A DNA stretch of 64,000 bases, taken from a virus. Shown here piece after piece: positions 1 through 10,715 of this stretch (positions within the stretch are counted from its first letter, which is position 1; each line of letters begins with the position of its first letter). Both the position numbers and the translations under genes were made by a program. Under the pieces are notes generated by a model, which did not search any database, was not told where the DNA came from, and saw only the letters and a program-made list of their open reading frames with translations. The stretch is from positions 19,216-83,215 of the IMG/VR virus record IMGVR_UViG_3300023174_000130. One strand, 5' to 3'.

Positions 1-527
1 ATGTACTCAATGCGCTTGAGAACTCCAACTGCAATCTGAGCCTTTTCAGCACTTGGAACAGTAAAATCAATTCCAGTGCACCGAGAATGCAAAGCATCAA
101 TAATCCGATTCTTATAGTTGCAAGTCATGACGAATCTGCAGTTATTTGCAAATTCCTCTATGGCTCCACGCAATGCTGGCTGAATAGACTGTGCATTCGC
201 ATAGTCAAACTCGTCCAGAATTACTATCTTCAGTACACTGTTAAGTGAGACTGTAGAACAATAATTACGAATCTTTGTCCGAAGAGTATCAATACCATTC
301 TCTTCTGAGCAGTTGATTATAATGCTATCGGCACTCAAATCATTCGCCAAGGCACGGGCAACCGTAGTTTTGCCCGTGCCTGCCTTTCCATATAGCATCA
401 TGTTTGGAATTGTACCTTCCTTAATCATGCCTTTAAACACAGTGGCAAGATCAATAGGAAGAATGCAATCAGACAGTGTTTTGGGGCGATACTTTTCGAC
501 CCAAAGTAGATTAGTCACATCAGACAC
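1..527 (-). CDS. gp44: clamp loader large subunit (runs off window edge)
   Basis: Manual translation from GTG at 527 gives MSDVTNLLWVEKYRP..., Walker A GKAGTGKTT and ILDEFD; directly downstream of gp45. Confidence 0.93.
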   Translation of the reverse strand, partial: MSDVTNLLWVEKYRPKTLSDCILPIDLATVFKGMIKEGTIPNMMLYGKAGTGKTTVARALANDLSADSIIINCSEENGIDTLRTKIRNYCSTVSLNSVLKIVILDEFDYANAQSIQPALRGAIEEFANNCRFVMTCNYKNRIIDALHSRCTGIDFTVPSAEKAQIAVGVLKRIEY

Positions 528-529
528 GA

Positions 530-1201
530 TTAACCCCGCTTGATGGCGATGTAGTAAGAAAGATCCAGACTCTTATGTGTAAACTTAGAAACAACAGTGT
601 CAGTCAATTCAACGGTGTATGAACCAGGAATGAACTTCATTTCAGAAACATTGATAGTTCCTTCAAAATCCATACCCGTGTAGTTCTCATCAATAACAAT
701 TTCAAAGTTATTGCTAGTGCTTTGGCTGGAGTCATCAACGCTGATGACAAACTTTCCATCTTGACCAATCATACGGAGATCACTGACCTGAAGAATACTA
801 GATGCCTTGAGAACTTCATTTAGATCTTTTTCATCAAGATCAAACTTAGTTACTGAATTGGGCATTTTCATTTCTTTAGTCGGAATCGTCAATAGGCTTG
901 GTTCCGAATAATAGTAAGTAACACTAGATCGACCATTTGTAATCACGACATGAGTGTCATGAAACTCAAGATCGGGGTTGTTAAACATGCTAACAATACC
1001 AAGAAACTTATTGAGATCCCAGATAGGAACCTCAACATCAAAGTCCTCGGTTACCTTTGCCTGCACATAAATGTTCTTACCGGGAGAAATCGTCTTTAAT
1101 ACGTTTCCCGCCTGAATAAGAATGTTGGAGTTAATGGCTGCAAAATTCTTTAAAATGTTATAGGTTTCTTTGCTCAGACGCATTTTTGTCACAGTATTCA
1201 T
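530..1201 (-). CDS. gp45: sliding clamp
   Basis: MRLSKETYNILKNFAAINSNILI N-terminus, YYIA C-terminus, 223 aa, upstream of gp44. Confidence 0.93.
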   Translation of the reverse strand: MNTVTKMRLSKETYNILKNFAAINSNILIQAGNVLKTISPGKNIYVQAKVTEDFDVEVPIWDLNKFLGIVSMFNNPDLEFHDTHVVITNGRSSVTYYYSEPSLLTIPTKEMKMPNSVTKFDLDEKDLNEVLKASSILQVSDLRMIGQDGKFVISVDDSSQSTSNNFEIVIDENYTGMDFEGTINVSEMKFIPGSYTVELTDTVVSKFTHKSLDLSYYIAIKRG

Positions 1202-1218
1202 ATAAATCTTTCTGTAAA

Positions 1219-1371
1219 TTAATCAAAGTCTTTACGATAAACACTATCGTTAAGTTGCTGCTTTTGTTCATGCCGATTGCCACGAACATTTCTCTTCTGT
1301 TGTTTCTTGCTCAAGCCAGTAGGCTTATTCTTGCGACGATTTTTAAACTTTTCAAAACTCTCTTCATTCAT
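1219..1371 (-). CDS. small basic hypothetical protein (50 aa)
   Basis: MNEESFEKFKNRRKNK...; ATG lies 6 nt after a TATAAT box, so the start is moved from the ORF-track 1491. Confidence 0.6.
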   Translation of the reverse strand: MNEESFEKFKNRRKNKPTGLSKKQQKRNVRGNRHEQKQQLNDSVYRKDFD

Positions 1372-1377
1372 AGTTCT

Positions 1378-1405
1378 ATTATAACTCCAATTTCGTATAA
1401 TACAA
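1378..1405 (-). promoter_or_regulatory. sigma70-like promoter, 16-bp spacer
   Basis: TTGTAT-N16-TATAAT-N6-ATG. Confidence 0.55.
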
Positions 1406-1411
1406 ATATAT

Positions 1412-3133
1412 TTATACCTGAACCTTGATTTTTGAAAAATTATTTTTCTTTTCAAATTGCAAAGTTTGGTCAAACTTATCAACCAGTGCATCAGCTTTGT
1501 GGCTAATGATGTAGATTGAACATTTGTTCTTCATCTTATTCAATACTTTCATAAATGCCTCCGTACCCGCTGAATCCAAAGATGAATCTAGAATTTCATC
1601 AAAGATCAATAGATTACAATTGAGGCTGTTCTTCATCTTAGCAACTTCACGCCAAGTCAGCAGGATCGCCAAGTCGATGCGTTGTTTCTCTCCCTCAGAG
1701 AAAGAGGAATATGAGAATGCATCTCTGTATCGTGACTTGATGGTCTCCTTGAATTCCTCATCGATTGTGAAGTCAACATAGAGATTAAGCTTTCCGAGGA
1801 ACTTGTTGACGAGTCCATTGATGATGGGAACATAATGTTTGATAATGCGGCTCTTAAGCCCCCCATCTTTGAGGATATCATAAACAACATCATAGTGAAT
1901 TTGTTGAGAGATAAAAGATTCAAGTTTTTTGGCAATATCATTCTTTTTATTTTCCGATTCATTCAGGCTATTTTCCAGTATAGAAATATTGCTTGAGGCT
2001 TCTTTGTCTTTCTTATCTTTTTCAATTACTTTGATATTGGATTCTGCATTTCCAATTCTATAATTCAAAGCATTTATGTCTTGGACTTTTCCTCTAGACA
2101 AGATCATGAGTTTTTCATATTCTTTCTTAGATGCTTCTAGCTCAATATTTTTCTTTTCCGCAACTTTAAGTGCCTCAGAACAATCTTTGGCTTTCTTGCG
2201 TTTTTCTTCCAGATGTTTTTCTTTTTGATCTTTGGGCAGAACTTGCAAGCAACACTTGCAGGTTGCATTTTCTTCTAGTGCCTTGATGTCATCCAGTAGT
2301 GTAGCATGTAGAGTTTCTGTCTTCACTAACATAGATGGAACATCTTTTAAAGATTCAATCTTTTTGTTAATCTTTGTTATTTGATCTCCAAGTTTTTTAT
2401 GATCATCAAGTTCAGTCTTAACTACAACTCTATCTTGATCTATTTGCTCTTGGTATTCTTTAATGCGATTTACAAGAACATTTATATCATCAGCATTGCT
2501 AGTCTTTACTTGATCAATAAATTCTTTTTGAGACTTGATCTTTTCATGAGCAATCTTGACCAAACTTTCATGCTCTCCAATAGACACCTTCAACGAACTC
2601 AGTTGGCCCTTTACGTGCTGGTTCATATCTGCCAAGATATCAAGATCCAAAAGACCTTCAATAATCTTACGGCGTTCCGAAGGAGTCAACTGCATGAATG
2701 GTATGAAGTTTGATTTACCAAGGATGACAACCTGCTTAAAGGCTGCATAATCAAATCCAAGAATATGCTCTTCAAACATTTCTTGGTAATCTTTTGACTT
2801 AGCATTCTGGTCAATCATATTACCATCTTTGATAATTTCAAAGATCTTTGGAGATAGACCACGACGAACCAAGTAATGAGATCCTGCCTTGTTGAATTCT
2901 ATTTCAACTAGGCAATTCTTGCCATTAACGGTGTTTACAAGCTGCGGTATATTAATGGGTCGGAAGGGCTTTCCAAACAATCCAAAGCACAGGGAGTCCA
3001 ATAGCGCAAAAGACTTTCCATGTCCGTTGGTACCCGTGACTAGCGTAGTCTTATGGCTATTTAATTTAATCTCTGAAAAATTTGTGCCAAACGATCCAAA
3101 ATTTTTAAACCGAACTGTTAAAAATTCAATCAC
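1412..3133 (-). CDS. gp46: recombination endonuclease ATPase subunit (SbcC/Rad50-like)
   Basis: GTNGHGKS Walker A, coiled coil with CKCC zinc hook, FSEGEK signature, LIFDE Walker B. Confidence 0.96.
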   Translation of the reverse strand: MIEFLTVRFKNFGSFGTNFSEIKLNSHKTTLVTGTNGHGKSFALLDSLCFGLFGKPFRPINIPQLVNTVNGKNCLVEIEFNKAGSHYLVRRGLSPKIFEIIKDGNMIDQNAKSKDYQEMFEEHILGFDYAAFKQVVILGKSNFIPFMQLTPSERRKIIEGLLDLDILADMNQHVKGQLSSLKVSIGEHESLVKIAHEKIKSQKEFIDQVKTSNADDINVLVNRIKEYQEQIDQDRVVVKTELDDHKKLGDQITKINKKIESLKDVPSMLVKTETLHATLLDDIKALEENATCKCCLQVLPKDQKEKHLEEKRKKAKDCSEALKVAEKKNIELEASKKEYEKLMILSRGKVQDINALNYRIGNAESNIKVIEKDKKDKEASSNISILENSLNESENKKNDIAKKLESFISQQIHYDVVYDILKDGGLKSRIIKHYVPIINGLVNKFLGKLNLYVDFTIDEEFKETIKSRYRDAFSYSSFSEGEKQRIDLAILLTWREVAKMKNSLNCNLLIFDEILDSSLDSAGTEAFMKVLNKMKNKCSIYIISHKADALVDKFDQTLQFEKKNNFSKIKVQV

Positions 3134-4176
3134 TCTTCATCCTTTGATAGTGCATTATTATACGCTTCATCTATGATACGTGCAAGAAACTTCTTGTCAA
3201 TAGACTTTTCCTGAATAGTCTCAAGTTCTTCGTGTAGAAGTTGGAGAGTATCCTTATGAACATCTACGGCTACCAGTTCAGGGTTTGCAGATACCTCTTC
3301 AGTCACTGCCAGTTCTGCCACGCCTGCTTCATAGAATTTATCCATGTATTTTTCAAAACTCGCAGCCTTCGTGCGCTTCTTGATAAAAATCTTGACATAG
3401 CAGTCCTTGAACTTTGAGTAGTCAAGTTTTTCTGGTTCGTCTTCATTATAATCAAACGTATAGAATAACTTTTTGTTATTTTCGACAAATACCAGTTCTC
3501 TAGCCAAAAAGTCAAATGTGTGGAATCCCTTTGGTTCCCATACATCCGAGAAAGCCATCTGGTATTGCGTCCCCAGATAATGAATATTGTCACGAGTGGA
3601 CTTAATATGATAATGCCCAGTAAGAACGTATTCAAACTTGTCGAAGTGTTTGGGGTCATATCCTTGCTCTATAAAGATACCACGAATACTCTGAAATCCA
3701 AATAATTCCAGATGTCCCATAAGAAGAGAGCATGTGGTATTGGTGATAAACTTTGCTGCCTGTCCTTCATTTTCTGGATTGATCCACGGTAGAAGAGCAA
3801 CGCAACCTGCTGAGGTTTGAATCTCTGTTGGCTCAGAATAGATTTCCCAGTTTTGATATGGGGCAACCAACTCATGCAATGAATTTACATTGTTATTATT
3901 GCGATAATAAGTATCATGATTACCACAAATGGCAATGCATTTTACTCCCATGTCTCTTAAAGGTTCAAAGAACCTAGTTCTGACTTGATGTAGTGTCTTA
4001 AAGTTTATATACTTTCTACGGTCAAAAACATCTCCCAGATGGAAGATGGTCTTGATGTTGTTTTCCTTCAAATAAGGAAACAATTGTTCTTCAAAAAATG
4101 ATAAAAAGTATTCAAGTACGATAGGAGAATCGGCCTTATAGCCGAAATGAGTATCGTTAAGAATTATTGCTTTCAT
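3130..4176 (-). CDS. gp47: recombination endonuclease nuclease subunit (SbcD/Mre11-like)
   Basis: DTHFG, GDVFDRR, GNHD and GHYH phosphoesterase motifs. Confidence 0.96.
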   Translation of the reverse strand: MKAIILNDTHFGYKADSPIVLEYFLSFFEEQLFPYLKENNIKTIFHLGDVFDRRKYINFKTLHQVRTRFFEPLRDMGVKCIAICGNHDTYYRNNNNVNSLHELVAPYQNWEIYSEPTEIQTSAGCVALLPWINPENEGQAAKFITNTTCSLLMGHLELFGFQSIRGIFIEQGYDPKHFDKFEYVLTGHYHIKSTRDNIHYLGTQYQMAFSDVWEPKGFHTFDFLARELVFVENNKKLFYTFDYNEDEPEKLDYSKFKDCYVKIFIKKRTKAASFEKYMDKFYEAGVAELAVTEEVSANPELVAVDVHKDTLQLLHEELETIQEKSIDKKFLARIIDEAYNNALSKDEE

Positions 4177-4742
4177 ATGTCAAGAGTATCTTTTTTAGAT
4201 TTTCTTTTTCTTTTAATAGAAGTTTTGGCTGGCTTTAACATATCATCAAATCGTTTCATGTCAAGATCAGTCAAGCCAAAGAAATCTCTTCGTCCTATAT
4301 CGATACCAGCATAAGTTTCATTAAACCAGTTATGAAAATCTTTATCATTCTGCTGTTCTGCGTATTTGTACTGCGTGTACTTTTCTTTCTTTTCTTTGTT
4401 TATAATACGCACAAAAGAAAACCAGCAAATCTGTGTTAGATAGCCAAATGGGCTAGTAGACTTGCTGGGGTCAAAGTTATCAATATAAGTTATGCAATTT
4501 AATACTGCATCTGATACCATCTCTTCTCTATACGGATAATTTGCAAAATTTGGTCTGAATGATAAACGTGATGCTATTTTTAAAACACATTCACCTATAA
4601 AATCAGGTAACTTTGGTTTCTTTCTTCCAGCATTTTCGGCATCATCACGCTTTTTACGATATTCTACTAAAGCATCATATAGTTCTTGATTACTTACGTA
4701 ATCTGCATCCGATGCTTTCTTTTTCTTTTTAGGTTGTTTCAC
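4173..4742 (-). CDS. gp55: late-transcription sigma factor
   Basis: YVSNQEL, RPNFANYPYREEMVSDA, FDPSKSTSPFGYLTQI motifs; upstream of gp47. Confidence 0.95.
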   Translation of the reverse strand: MKQPKKKKKASDADYVSNQELYDALVEYRKKRDDAENAGRKKPKLPDFIGECVLKIASRLSFRPNFANYPYREEMVSDAVLNCITYIDNFDPSKSTSPFGYLTQICWFSFVRIINKEKKEKYTQYKYAEQQNDKDFHNWFNETYAGIDIGRRDFFGLTDLDMKRFDDMLKPAKTSIKRKRKSKKDTLDI

Positions 4743-4748
4743 AATAGT

Positions 4749-4776
4749 ATTATACTATAAAAAATTAAATTGTCAA
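4749..4776 (-). promoter_or_regulatory. sigma70-like promoter for gp55, 16-bp spacer
   Basis: TTGACA-N16-TATAAT-N6-GTG. Confidence 0.75.
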
Positions 4777-4795
4777 TTACTAATTAAAATAATAA

Positions 4796-5392
4796 TTAAT
4801 GCCATTCCATTATAGAAATGTTCATTTTTGCAAATTCATTAATTATTTCATTTTTTTCTTGTATTTTTACATTACGATTTTCGTACCAAAACCCATCATG
4901 CCACTCTATTATTAATTGATTAACAGTAAATAAATTTTTACAATTTAATAAATCCTTTAAAAATTCAAATTCTGCTCCCTCAATGTCGCATTTTATTTTT
5001 ACTGAATCTGTTGGTTGTATATCACACAATTTAAAAAGAGTATTAGCAGAAATGCATTTAACTTGAATTTTTGACCACTCCCATTCTGGTTGTTTCCAAA
5101 GTTCTTTAAGATTGGGAGGATCGCTTAAAATATTACAGGCTTCGCTTGTTTTACTCTTATCTAAATTAAATGTTACTATATCGTCTTTATTGCCAACAGC
5201 ATAATCATATAAATTAATATATTGAAAATTTTTTGTATTTTCTTCAAGTTTTTTTAATGCTTCACTATAAACATTTGGATTTGGTTCAAAACAATAAATT
5301 CCATAAGAGCTATCTATTATGTTTTTATTATAAAGATGGTTTAATCCTTCAAACTTATGCGATCCGAGATCTATTAATTTATTTTTATTCAT
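4796..5392 (-). CDS. FkbM-family SAM methyltransferase
   Basis: IDLGSH, CFEPNP, KCDIEGAE, IIEWH motifs. Confidence 0.88.
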   Translation of the reverse strand: MNKNKLIDLGSHKFEGLNHLYNKNIIDSSYGIYCFEPNPNVYSEALKKLEENTKNFQYINLYDYAVGNKDDIVTFNLDKSKTSEACNILSDPPNLKELWKQPEWEWSKIQVKCISANTLFKLCDIQPTDSVKIKCDIEGAEFEFLKDLLNCKNLFTVNQLIIEWHDGFWYENRNVKIQEKNEIINEFAKMNISIMEWH

Positions 5393-5399
5393 GATATAT

Positions 5400-6335
5400 T
5401 TATTTATTTAATTTTAGCCATTCTGGTAAATTAATTTTTGGATTCCATCCCAATTCTTTTTTAATTTTAGAATTATTTGCTAAAGTAATTCTAGCTTCAC
5501 CAAGCCGCGGTTTAATAAATTGTTTTTCTCCACCTATTATATTTGCAATTTCATTTATTGAATAATTTATACCAGTACCAACATTATATATTTGTCCAAA
5601 TTGATAAATTGTTTGTTTAGTACCATTTATTTGCCACTCATCAAATTCTTTAACTGCTGCTAATATATTTGCATTAACAACATCTGAAACATGAGTAAAA
5701 TCTCTTCTTTGTTCTCCATCACCAACTATGGTCATAGGTTCTCCATTTTTCTTTTGTCTTTGAAAAATTCCTATAACTGGAGCATACTGCCCCTTTAGTG
5801 GCTGACGTTCGCCGTATACATTAAAATATCTAAAAATTATTGTTTCTAAATTATACAATTTAGAATACATTTTACACAATTCTTCACCAGAAGTTTTAGT
5901 TACGGAATAAGGATTGAGACAATCATTTGGCATATCTTCATTTAATGGTGGTGTATTTTTTAATCCATATGCAGAAGAAGTTGATGAATATACTACTCGT
6001 TTAACTTTATGTTTTCTAGATAATTCTAATATTGTGGCAGTTCCAACTACATTTGCTTCGACTGCCTTTAAGGGATCTATGATACATGGCTGAATTCTTG
6101 CTTCTGCGGCAATGTGAAATACTACATCTGGTTGGTGTCTTTCAAAGACATCGGAGCACATTTCATAATCACAAATATTGTACTTGTAATTATTTGCCTT
6201 TTTATTCCAGTAAAACTGATCATGTGCATCAGACGATTCATTATCAATTACAGTAACATTATGCCCACTTTCAATTAATTTGTCAACTAAATTTGAACCA
6301 ATAAAACCTGCTCCACCTGTTATTAAATAATTCAT
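5400..6335 (-). CDS. NAD-dependent nucleotide-sugar epimerase/dehydratase
   Basis: TGGAGFIGS, YSVTK (YxxxK), RYFNVYG, RDFTHVSD. Confidence 0.93.
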   Translation of the reverse strand: MNYLITGGAGFIGSNLVDKLIESGHNVTVIDNESSDAHDQFYWNKKANNYKYNICDYEMCSDVFERHQPDVVFHIAAEARIQPCIIDPLKAVEANVVGTATILELSRKHKVKRVVYSSTSSAYGLKNTPPLNEDMPNDCLNPYSVTKTSGEELCKMYSKLYNLETIIFRYFNVYGERQPLKGQYAPVIGIFQRQKKNGEPMTIVGDGEQRRDFTHVSDVVNANILAAVKEFDEWQINGTKQTIYQFGQIYNVGTGINYSINEIANIIGGEKQFIKPRLGEARITLANNSKIKKELGWNPKINLPEWLKLNK

Positions 6336-6359
6336 ATAATTTTTTTTAATAAAAATTGT

Positions 6360-7067
6360 TTATGCACAATACCGAACATCGAATAAAGGCATGTGTATTT
6401 TACCATCACCATTAAAGTGTATAAAATATGGTATAGAATTTGTTTCTTTAAAAGTAAGTTGTTTAGATTCTTTGTTTATAATAAAATCTTCATTATTATT
6501 AAGCAAAAATGTATTAATAAAAATATTTGCAGTTGTATCAAGTTTTACTGAGAAGTACGGATCATGAAAAGAATTGTAGTAAATAGTTTCCATAAAACCT
6601 TGGTCGGTAAATCTTCTCCATGTCATATGATTTTCTATAGAAAGAGAACTTTCAAATAACTCTATCATATATTCTCTATATCCAATCCAGCAACCCGCAC
6701 AAGGAAATTTTAATTTTGTATTTGATTTTGAAGCTAAAAAACTTTCGTATTCTTTAAATGGAAAACAATTTGCCTCTCCAGATATTAATAATTTGCATTC
6801 ATGTTTTTTAAAATCTTCTTCTATATTTGTTAGGGATTTATTTACCAATACATCAAAAGCATCTACAAGAATTACAATTTCATCATCAATATTTTTCATT
6901 GCTTCTGCGGCATGAAACATTTTAGTATGATAAAAATCGGTACTGGTACTTCCATCTGTATATAAGATTAGATTTTCACTATGTTCTGGAGAATATTTTT
7001 GTAAACTATTTACCAGCGGATTTGCGTATTCTTTATTGTTTGTAAAACAAGGGGATATTATTTTCAT
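6360..7067 (-). CDS. PLOD/LH3-type glycosyltransferase domain protein
   Basis: LVDAFDV, ISGEANCFP, TDQ, LDTTANIF and HFNGDGK follow the PLOD GT-domain motif order. Confidence 0.72.
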   Translation of the reverse strand: MKIISPCFTNNKEYANPLVNSLQKYSPEHSENLILYTDGSTSTDFYHTKMFHAAEAMKNIDDEIVILVDAFDVLVNKSLTNIEEDFKKHECKLLISGEANCFPFKEYESFLASKSNTKLKFPCAGCWIGYREYMIELFESSLSIENHMTWRRFTDQGFMETIYYNSFHDPYFSVKLDTTANIFINTFLLNNNEDFIINKESKQLTFKETNSIPYFIHFNGDGKIHMPLFDVRYCA

Positions 7068-7070
7068 ATA

Positions 7071-7787
7071 TTACTCGTATTTTAATATACCATCAATGAA
7101 ATTTGAATTCATATATTTTTTTAAAATATTTGCATTTGGAATAACGCAATGGCCACCAATTTTTTCTGTTGCATATAATACGGGCCGAATTACATTATTT
7201 TTGTTAAGTTTAATATAGCCATCATTATAAGAGGTGTTAAATGAAGTCATTACTTCATCAAAATCAAGTTTATTTAAATCACATAATTGTTTTACATCAG
7301 CATGAAAAGCTATACATAATCCATAATATGTTGTGTCAAGTAATTTTCCATATTCTGTAGTTAAAGTATTTTTACAAATATAAAAAGGTATTTGTAATTC
7401 ATTTAAATGTTCTGAATAAAGAGTTGCAGCTTCTTTTATTTCTGAACCAATATACTTTAAAAAAGTTTTTATGCCTATATCTAAATTTGGATGTAACCCG
7501 CGCACCGGTGAATGGCAAACAAGGCCATTAATTTGTTTAGTAGTTCCCGGTGCAACTGTGGAATGTATAACAGTTAAAACTGGTTTAAATTTAAAAATAT
7601 AATCATTTATAATTTTAACAAAAGATTCTGAAAAAGGAATACAAATATTTAAAATATCACAATTTTTTAAATCGTCATTGTGATTTGTTTTTGGATCAAT
7701 TATTTTTGGAGTATATCCTTTTTCAATATAAATTTTATTTAAACTGCTTCCTATTTCACCCAAACCAATAATTCCTATATTTTTCAT
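7071..7787 (-). CDS. UDP-glucose/GDP-mannose dehydrogenase family, short form
   Basis: GLGEIG, IHSTVAPGTT, HSP, IGGHCVIPN catalytic Cys motif; 238 aa, apparently lacks the C-terminal domain. Confidence 0.8.
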   Translation of the reverse strand: MKNIGIIGLGEIGSSLNKIYIEKGYTPKIIDPKTNHNDDLKNCDILNICIPFSESFVKIINDYIFKFKPVLTVIHSTVAPGTTKQINGLVCHSPVRGLHPNLDIGIKTFLKYIGSEIKEAATLYSEHLNELQIPFYICKNTLTTEYGKLLDTTYYGLCIAFHADVKQLCDLNKLDFDEVMTSFNTSYNDGYIKLNKNNVIRPVLYATEKIGGHCVIPNANILKKYMNSNFIDGILKYE

Positions 7788-7792
7788 GTTAT

Positions 7793-8401
7793 TTATTCTA
7801 ATATAAAAAGATCATCGTTACCAGAAATTTTTTCACAATATTTGTAACCTTTAGTATATAAAAAATCTAAAGTATATTTTTGATAATCAGGTCTGTTTGC
7901 AGTCTCAATCAAAATATATTTTGGTTTTATTTTATTAAAATTTAAACCTAAAAGAGCTGCAACTTCATATCCTTCCAAATCTAAAGATAAAAAATCTATC
8001 TGTTTAACATTATTTGTATCAAAAATATATTCCAAGGTCAATGCTGGAACTTCAACACCACCTTCGTTAATTTTACCGTAAATTTCTTGTTTTTGGTGTT
8101 CTGTAAAATAATCAGGAATATCAAATATTGCACACATTAAACTATTTCTGTCTGTTCTTAAAAAATTTCCTTTTACAGTTTTGTCTTTATATTCATTTGA
8201 TACAAGAGCACCATGTATGGTTTTAACTTTTCTATTTAAACAACATTGATTATATTTTGTTGGATTTGGTTCAACCAAAATACCATTCCACCCGTTTAAT
8301 TCCAAAAAATGTGTATTACTTTCTTCAAGTCCATCATTGGCTCCAGCTTCAAAAAAGAAACCATTTTTTATTGATGCTAAAATTTCCTGCAATCTACTCA
8401 T
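7793..8401 (-). CDS. FkbM-family methyltransferase
   Basis: FFEAGANDG, SNT, GWNGILVEPNP, SLDLEGYE. Confidence 0.9.
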   Translation of the reverse strand: MSRLQEILASIKNGFFFEAGANDGLEESNTHFLELNGWNGILVEPNPTKYNQCCLNRKVKTIHGALVSNEYKDKTVKGNFLRTDRNSLMCAIFDIPDYFTEHQKQEIYGKINEGGVEVPALTLEYIFDTNNVKQIDFLSLDLEGYEVAALLGLNFNKIKPKYILIETANRPDYQKYTLDFLYTKGYKYCEKISGNDDLFILE

Positions 8402-9369
8402 TGTATTTTACCTTTATAATAATCAATCACTTCTTTAATAACATCTTCTACGTATTTAGTAGGCTTCCATCCGAGTTCTTTTTTAATTTTATCGCTATTT
8501 GGAATTTTTTCAGGTGCTTCAGAAAATAATGGACCATGAAGGTCTTTTGGATCTACATGAATAATTTTTGAATTGCTTCCTGTAAGCTCTTTTACTTTTT
8601 CTGCCAAATATAAAATTGTTTGTTCATTCAACTCATTTCCAACGTTCCATTCATTGTTCCATAAATGGTCTGGTGCAACGGATGTAAGATATATCCCATT
8701 TACAATATCTTTAACCCATGTAAATGCCCTTAGTTGCTGTCCAGAATAATAAACTGTTATATCTTTATTTTTTAATGCCTGAGATACAAATCTTGGCAAC
8801 ACAAATCCACCATCTGGCAATTGATATTTACCAGTTACATTAAAAGGTCTTATAATCTGATATTTAAAATCTTTATTGATTTTTGTATGATTTGACAAAA
8901 CAATTTCTGATAAAAGTTTTGCCATTGCATATTCATTTCTTACAGTAAATTCACCATGCAAAACTTTATCATCTTGTTCTTGCAAATAACTTTTATGATC
9001 TCTATGTCCATAAATTTCTGAAGTTGAAATAAAAATGAATGGGCAGTTATTTTTATTTGCTCCATTAATGGCCCAATAGATGTCATCTAATATGGTTCTT
9101 GCCATTCTACCAGAGTGCTTTAGAACTCCAACCGGACCTACGGGTGAAGCTAGATGCAATATTAGATCAAATTTGGGTAGATCATGCCAATCGACATTCA
9201 AAATATTTTTTATGATTACTTCAGTATCACTTAAAATACTATGAGATGTTTGTATGGCATTGGAAGATAAATCATCTATGATCCATATCTTCCATCCTTC
9301 TGCTTTCCATTTTTCAATGCAATGAGTACCAATAAAACCTAAACCACCTGTAATAAGTACCGTTTTCAT
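8398..9369 (-). CDS. NAD-dependent epimerase/decarboxylase (UDP-glucuronate decarboxylase-like)
   Basis: TGGLGFIG, HLASP, STSEIYG, YAMAK, RPFNV, RAFTWVKD. Confidence 0.85.
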   Translation of the reverse strand: MKTVLITGGLGFIGTHCIEKWKAEGWKIWIIDDLSSNAIQTSHSILSDTEVIIKNILNVDWHDLPKFDLILHLASPVGPVGVLKHSGRMARTILDDIYWAINGANKNNCPFIFISTSEIYGHRDHKSYLQEQDDKVLHGEFTVRNEYAMAKLLSEIVLSNHTKINKDFKYQIIRPFNVTGKYQLPDGGFVLPRFVSQALKNKDITVYYSGQQLRAFTWVKDIVNGIYLTSVAPDHLWNNEWNVGNELNEQTILYLAEKVKELTGSNSKIIHVDPKDLHGPLFSEAPEKIPNSDKIKKELGWKPTKYVEDVIKEVIDYYKGKIQ

Positions 9370-9372
9370 AAT

Positions 9373-9963
9373 TTAATACCACTCATGTAAAATAATATTT
9401 GCTTCATTAATTTTTTGTTTAATATGATTTTCATCATATTTATTTACCAACATTCTATTATGCCATTCAACATATAAAATTTTTATATAATTTAAATTGT
9501 TTTTTTCTATCATTTTTTCAAGTATGGGATACTCAGCTCCCTCTATGTCCATTTTACAAATTATATAATCATTTTTTGAAAAATTATCTTCAATAAATTG
9601 CATCAAATCTATAGTTTCACTAAAACCACCATCCTTAATGTATTGATCATCAATATAATGTGGTTTTAAAAAATTATCTTCTAATATATTAGAAGCTCCA
9701 CCAACCCATCCAACTTCATGGGGGCAGTATTCCATTGTTAATTTTTTAAATCCAGTATCAGTCCAAACTGCTTTATTGAATACTTCAAACTTTTTAAAAG
9801 ATTTTTTTAAAAAAATATTATTATTTAATTTATTTAAAAATTTATCATATGTTAATTTATTTGCTTCAAAACAATACACTTCAAAATCTTCATCAAGATT
9901 ATTTTGTATTTTTTGTAATCCCTGCCCCAAATTTGTTCCACAATCTAAAAATATTTTTCTCAT
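9373..9963 (-). CDS. FkbM-family methyltransferase
   Basis: FLDCGTN, CFEAN, KMDIEGAEY, VEWH; paralog of 4796..5392. Confidence 0.88.
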   Translation of the reverse strand: MRKIFLDCGTNLGQGLQKIQNNLDEDFEVYCFEANKLTYDKFLNKLNNNIFLKKSFKKFEVFNKAVWTDTGFKKLTMEYCPHEVGWVGGASNILEDNFLKPHYIDDQYIKDGGFSETIDLMQFIEDNFSKNDYIICKMDIEGAEYPILEKMIEKNNLNYIKILYVEWHNRMLVNKYDENHIKQKINEANIILHEWY

Positions 9964-9977
9964 TTCATTTACCTTTT

Positions 9978-10715
9978 TTATTTGTATGATTGTATAATTA
10001 CTCTGTTTCCAATCATATTGGAGCTTGAACTGCCGGAATTTGGTTTGTGATACCCTATATTTAACATAGATTTATCCCAAGATAACCAGCTATTTTTGAT
10101 ATTTGTATTGTTATCACCTATGAATAAATCCCAATGTTGATATGTTTGTTCTGGAAGTTTTTTGTATACCACATCATAGTGGTTAAAGTCGTACTTGGCT
10201 CTCAAATGTTCCTCTCTACATTGTCCTTGTGGATGATTTAGTGGTGATCTCCAACCATAATCATACTGAGCTTCTTGGCTTTCGTACAGAGCTAAATTAT
10301 TTAATTTAATTCTCCAAACCCAATCTCGGTCTTCCCACCCTTGTATAAATCTTTCATCCCACCAACCAATTGTTCGAATAAGTTCTTTTGAAAATCCCAT
10401 AAACCCCACATTATATAATAAAACACAAGAAAAACCATTTTCCAAAAGATGTAACATTTTTTTTACTTCTTCTGGTTTTGGAGAACATCTATCGTTTATT
10501 AAAACCACCCATTCTGTAGGTGAAGTGACTACAGAATGATTAATTAACTGAGAATAAGTCGGATACATTTTGGGATAACGGTCAATACGATTATTCCAGT
10601 GAACATCATATTCTTCAGTTATTGGTTTTAACATCTGCATTTGGCGTTCTACAACATCTTTATTACAACCACAATGCAAACAAATTGTAAAATCTTTTAT
10701 TTTAAATGGTAGCAT
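9978..10715 (-). CDS. glycosyltransferase (GT2/GT7-like, GT-A fold)
   Basis: VLINDR and IGWWDERFIQGWEDRDWVWRI motifs. Confidence 0.75.
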   Translation of the reverse strand: MLPFKIKDFTICLHCGCNKDVVERQMQMLKPITEEYDVHWNNRIDRYPKMYPTYSQLINHSVVTSPTEWVVLINDRCSPKPEEVKKMLHLLENGFSCVLLYNVGFMGFSKELIRTIGWWDERFIQGWEDRDWVWRIKLNNLALYESQEAQYDYGWRSPLNHPQGQCREEHLRAKYDFNHYDVVYKKLPEQTYQHWDLFIGDNNTNIKNSWLSWDKSMLNIGYHKPNSGSSSSNMIGNRVIIQSYK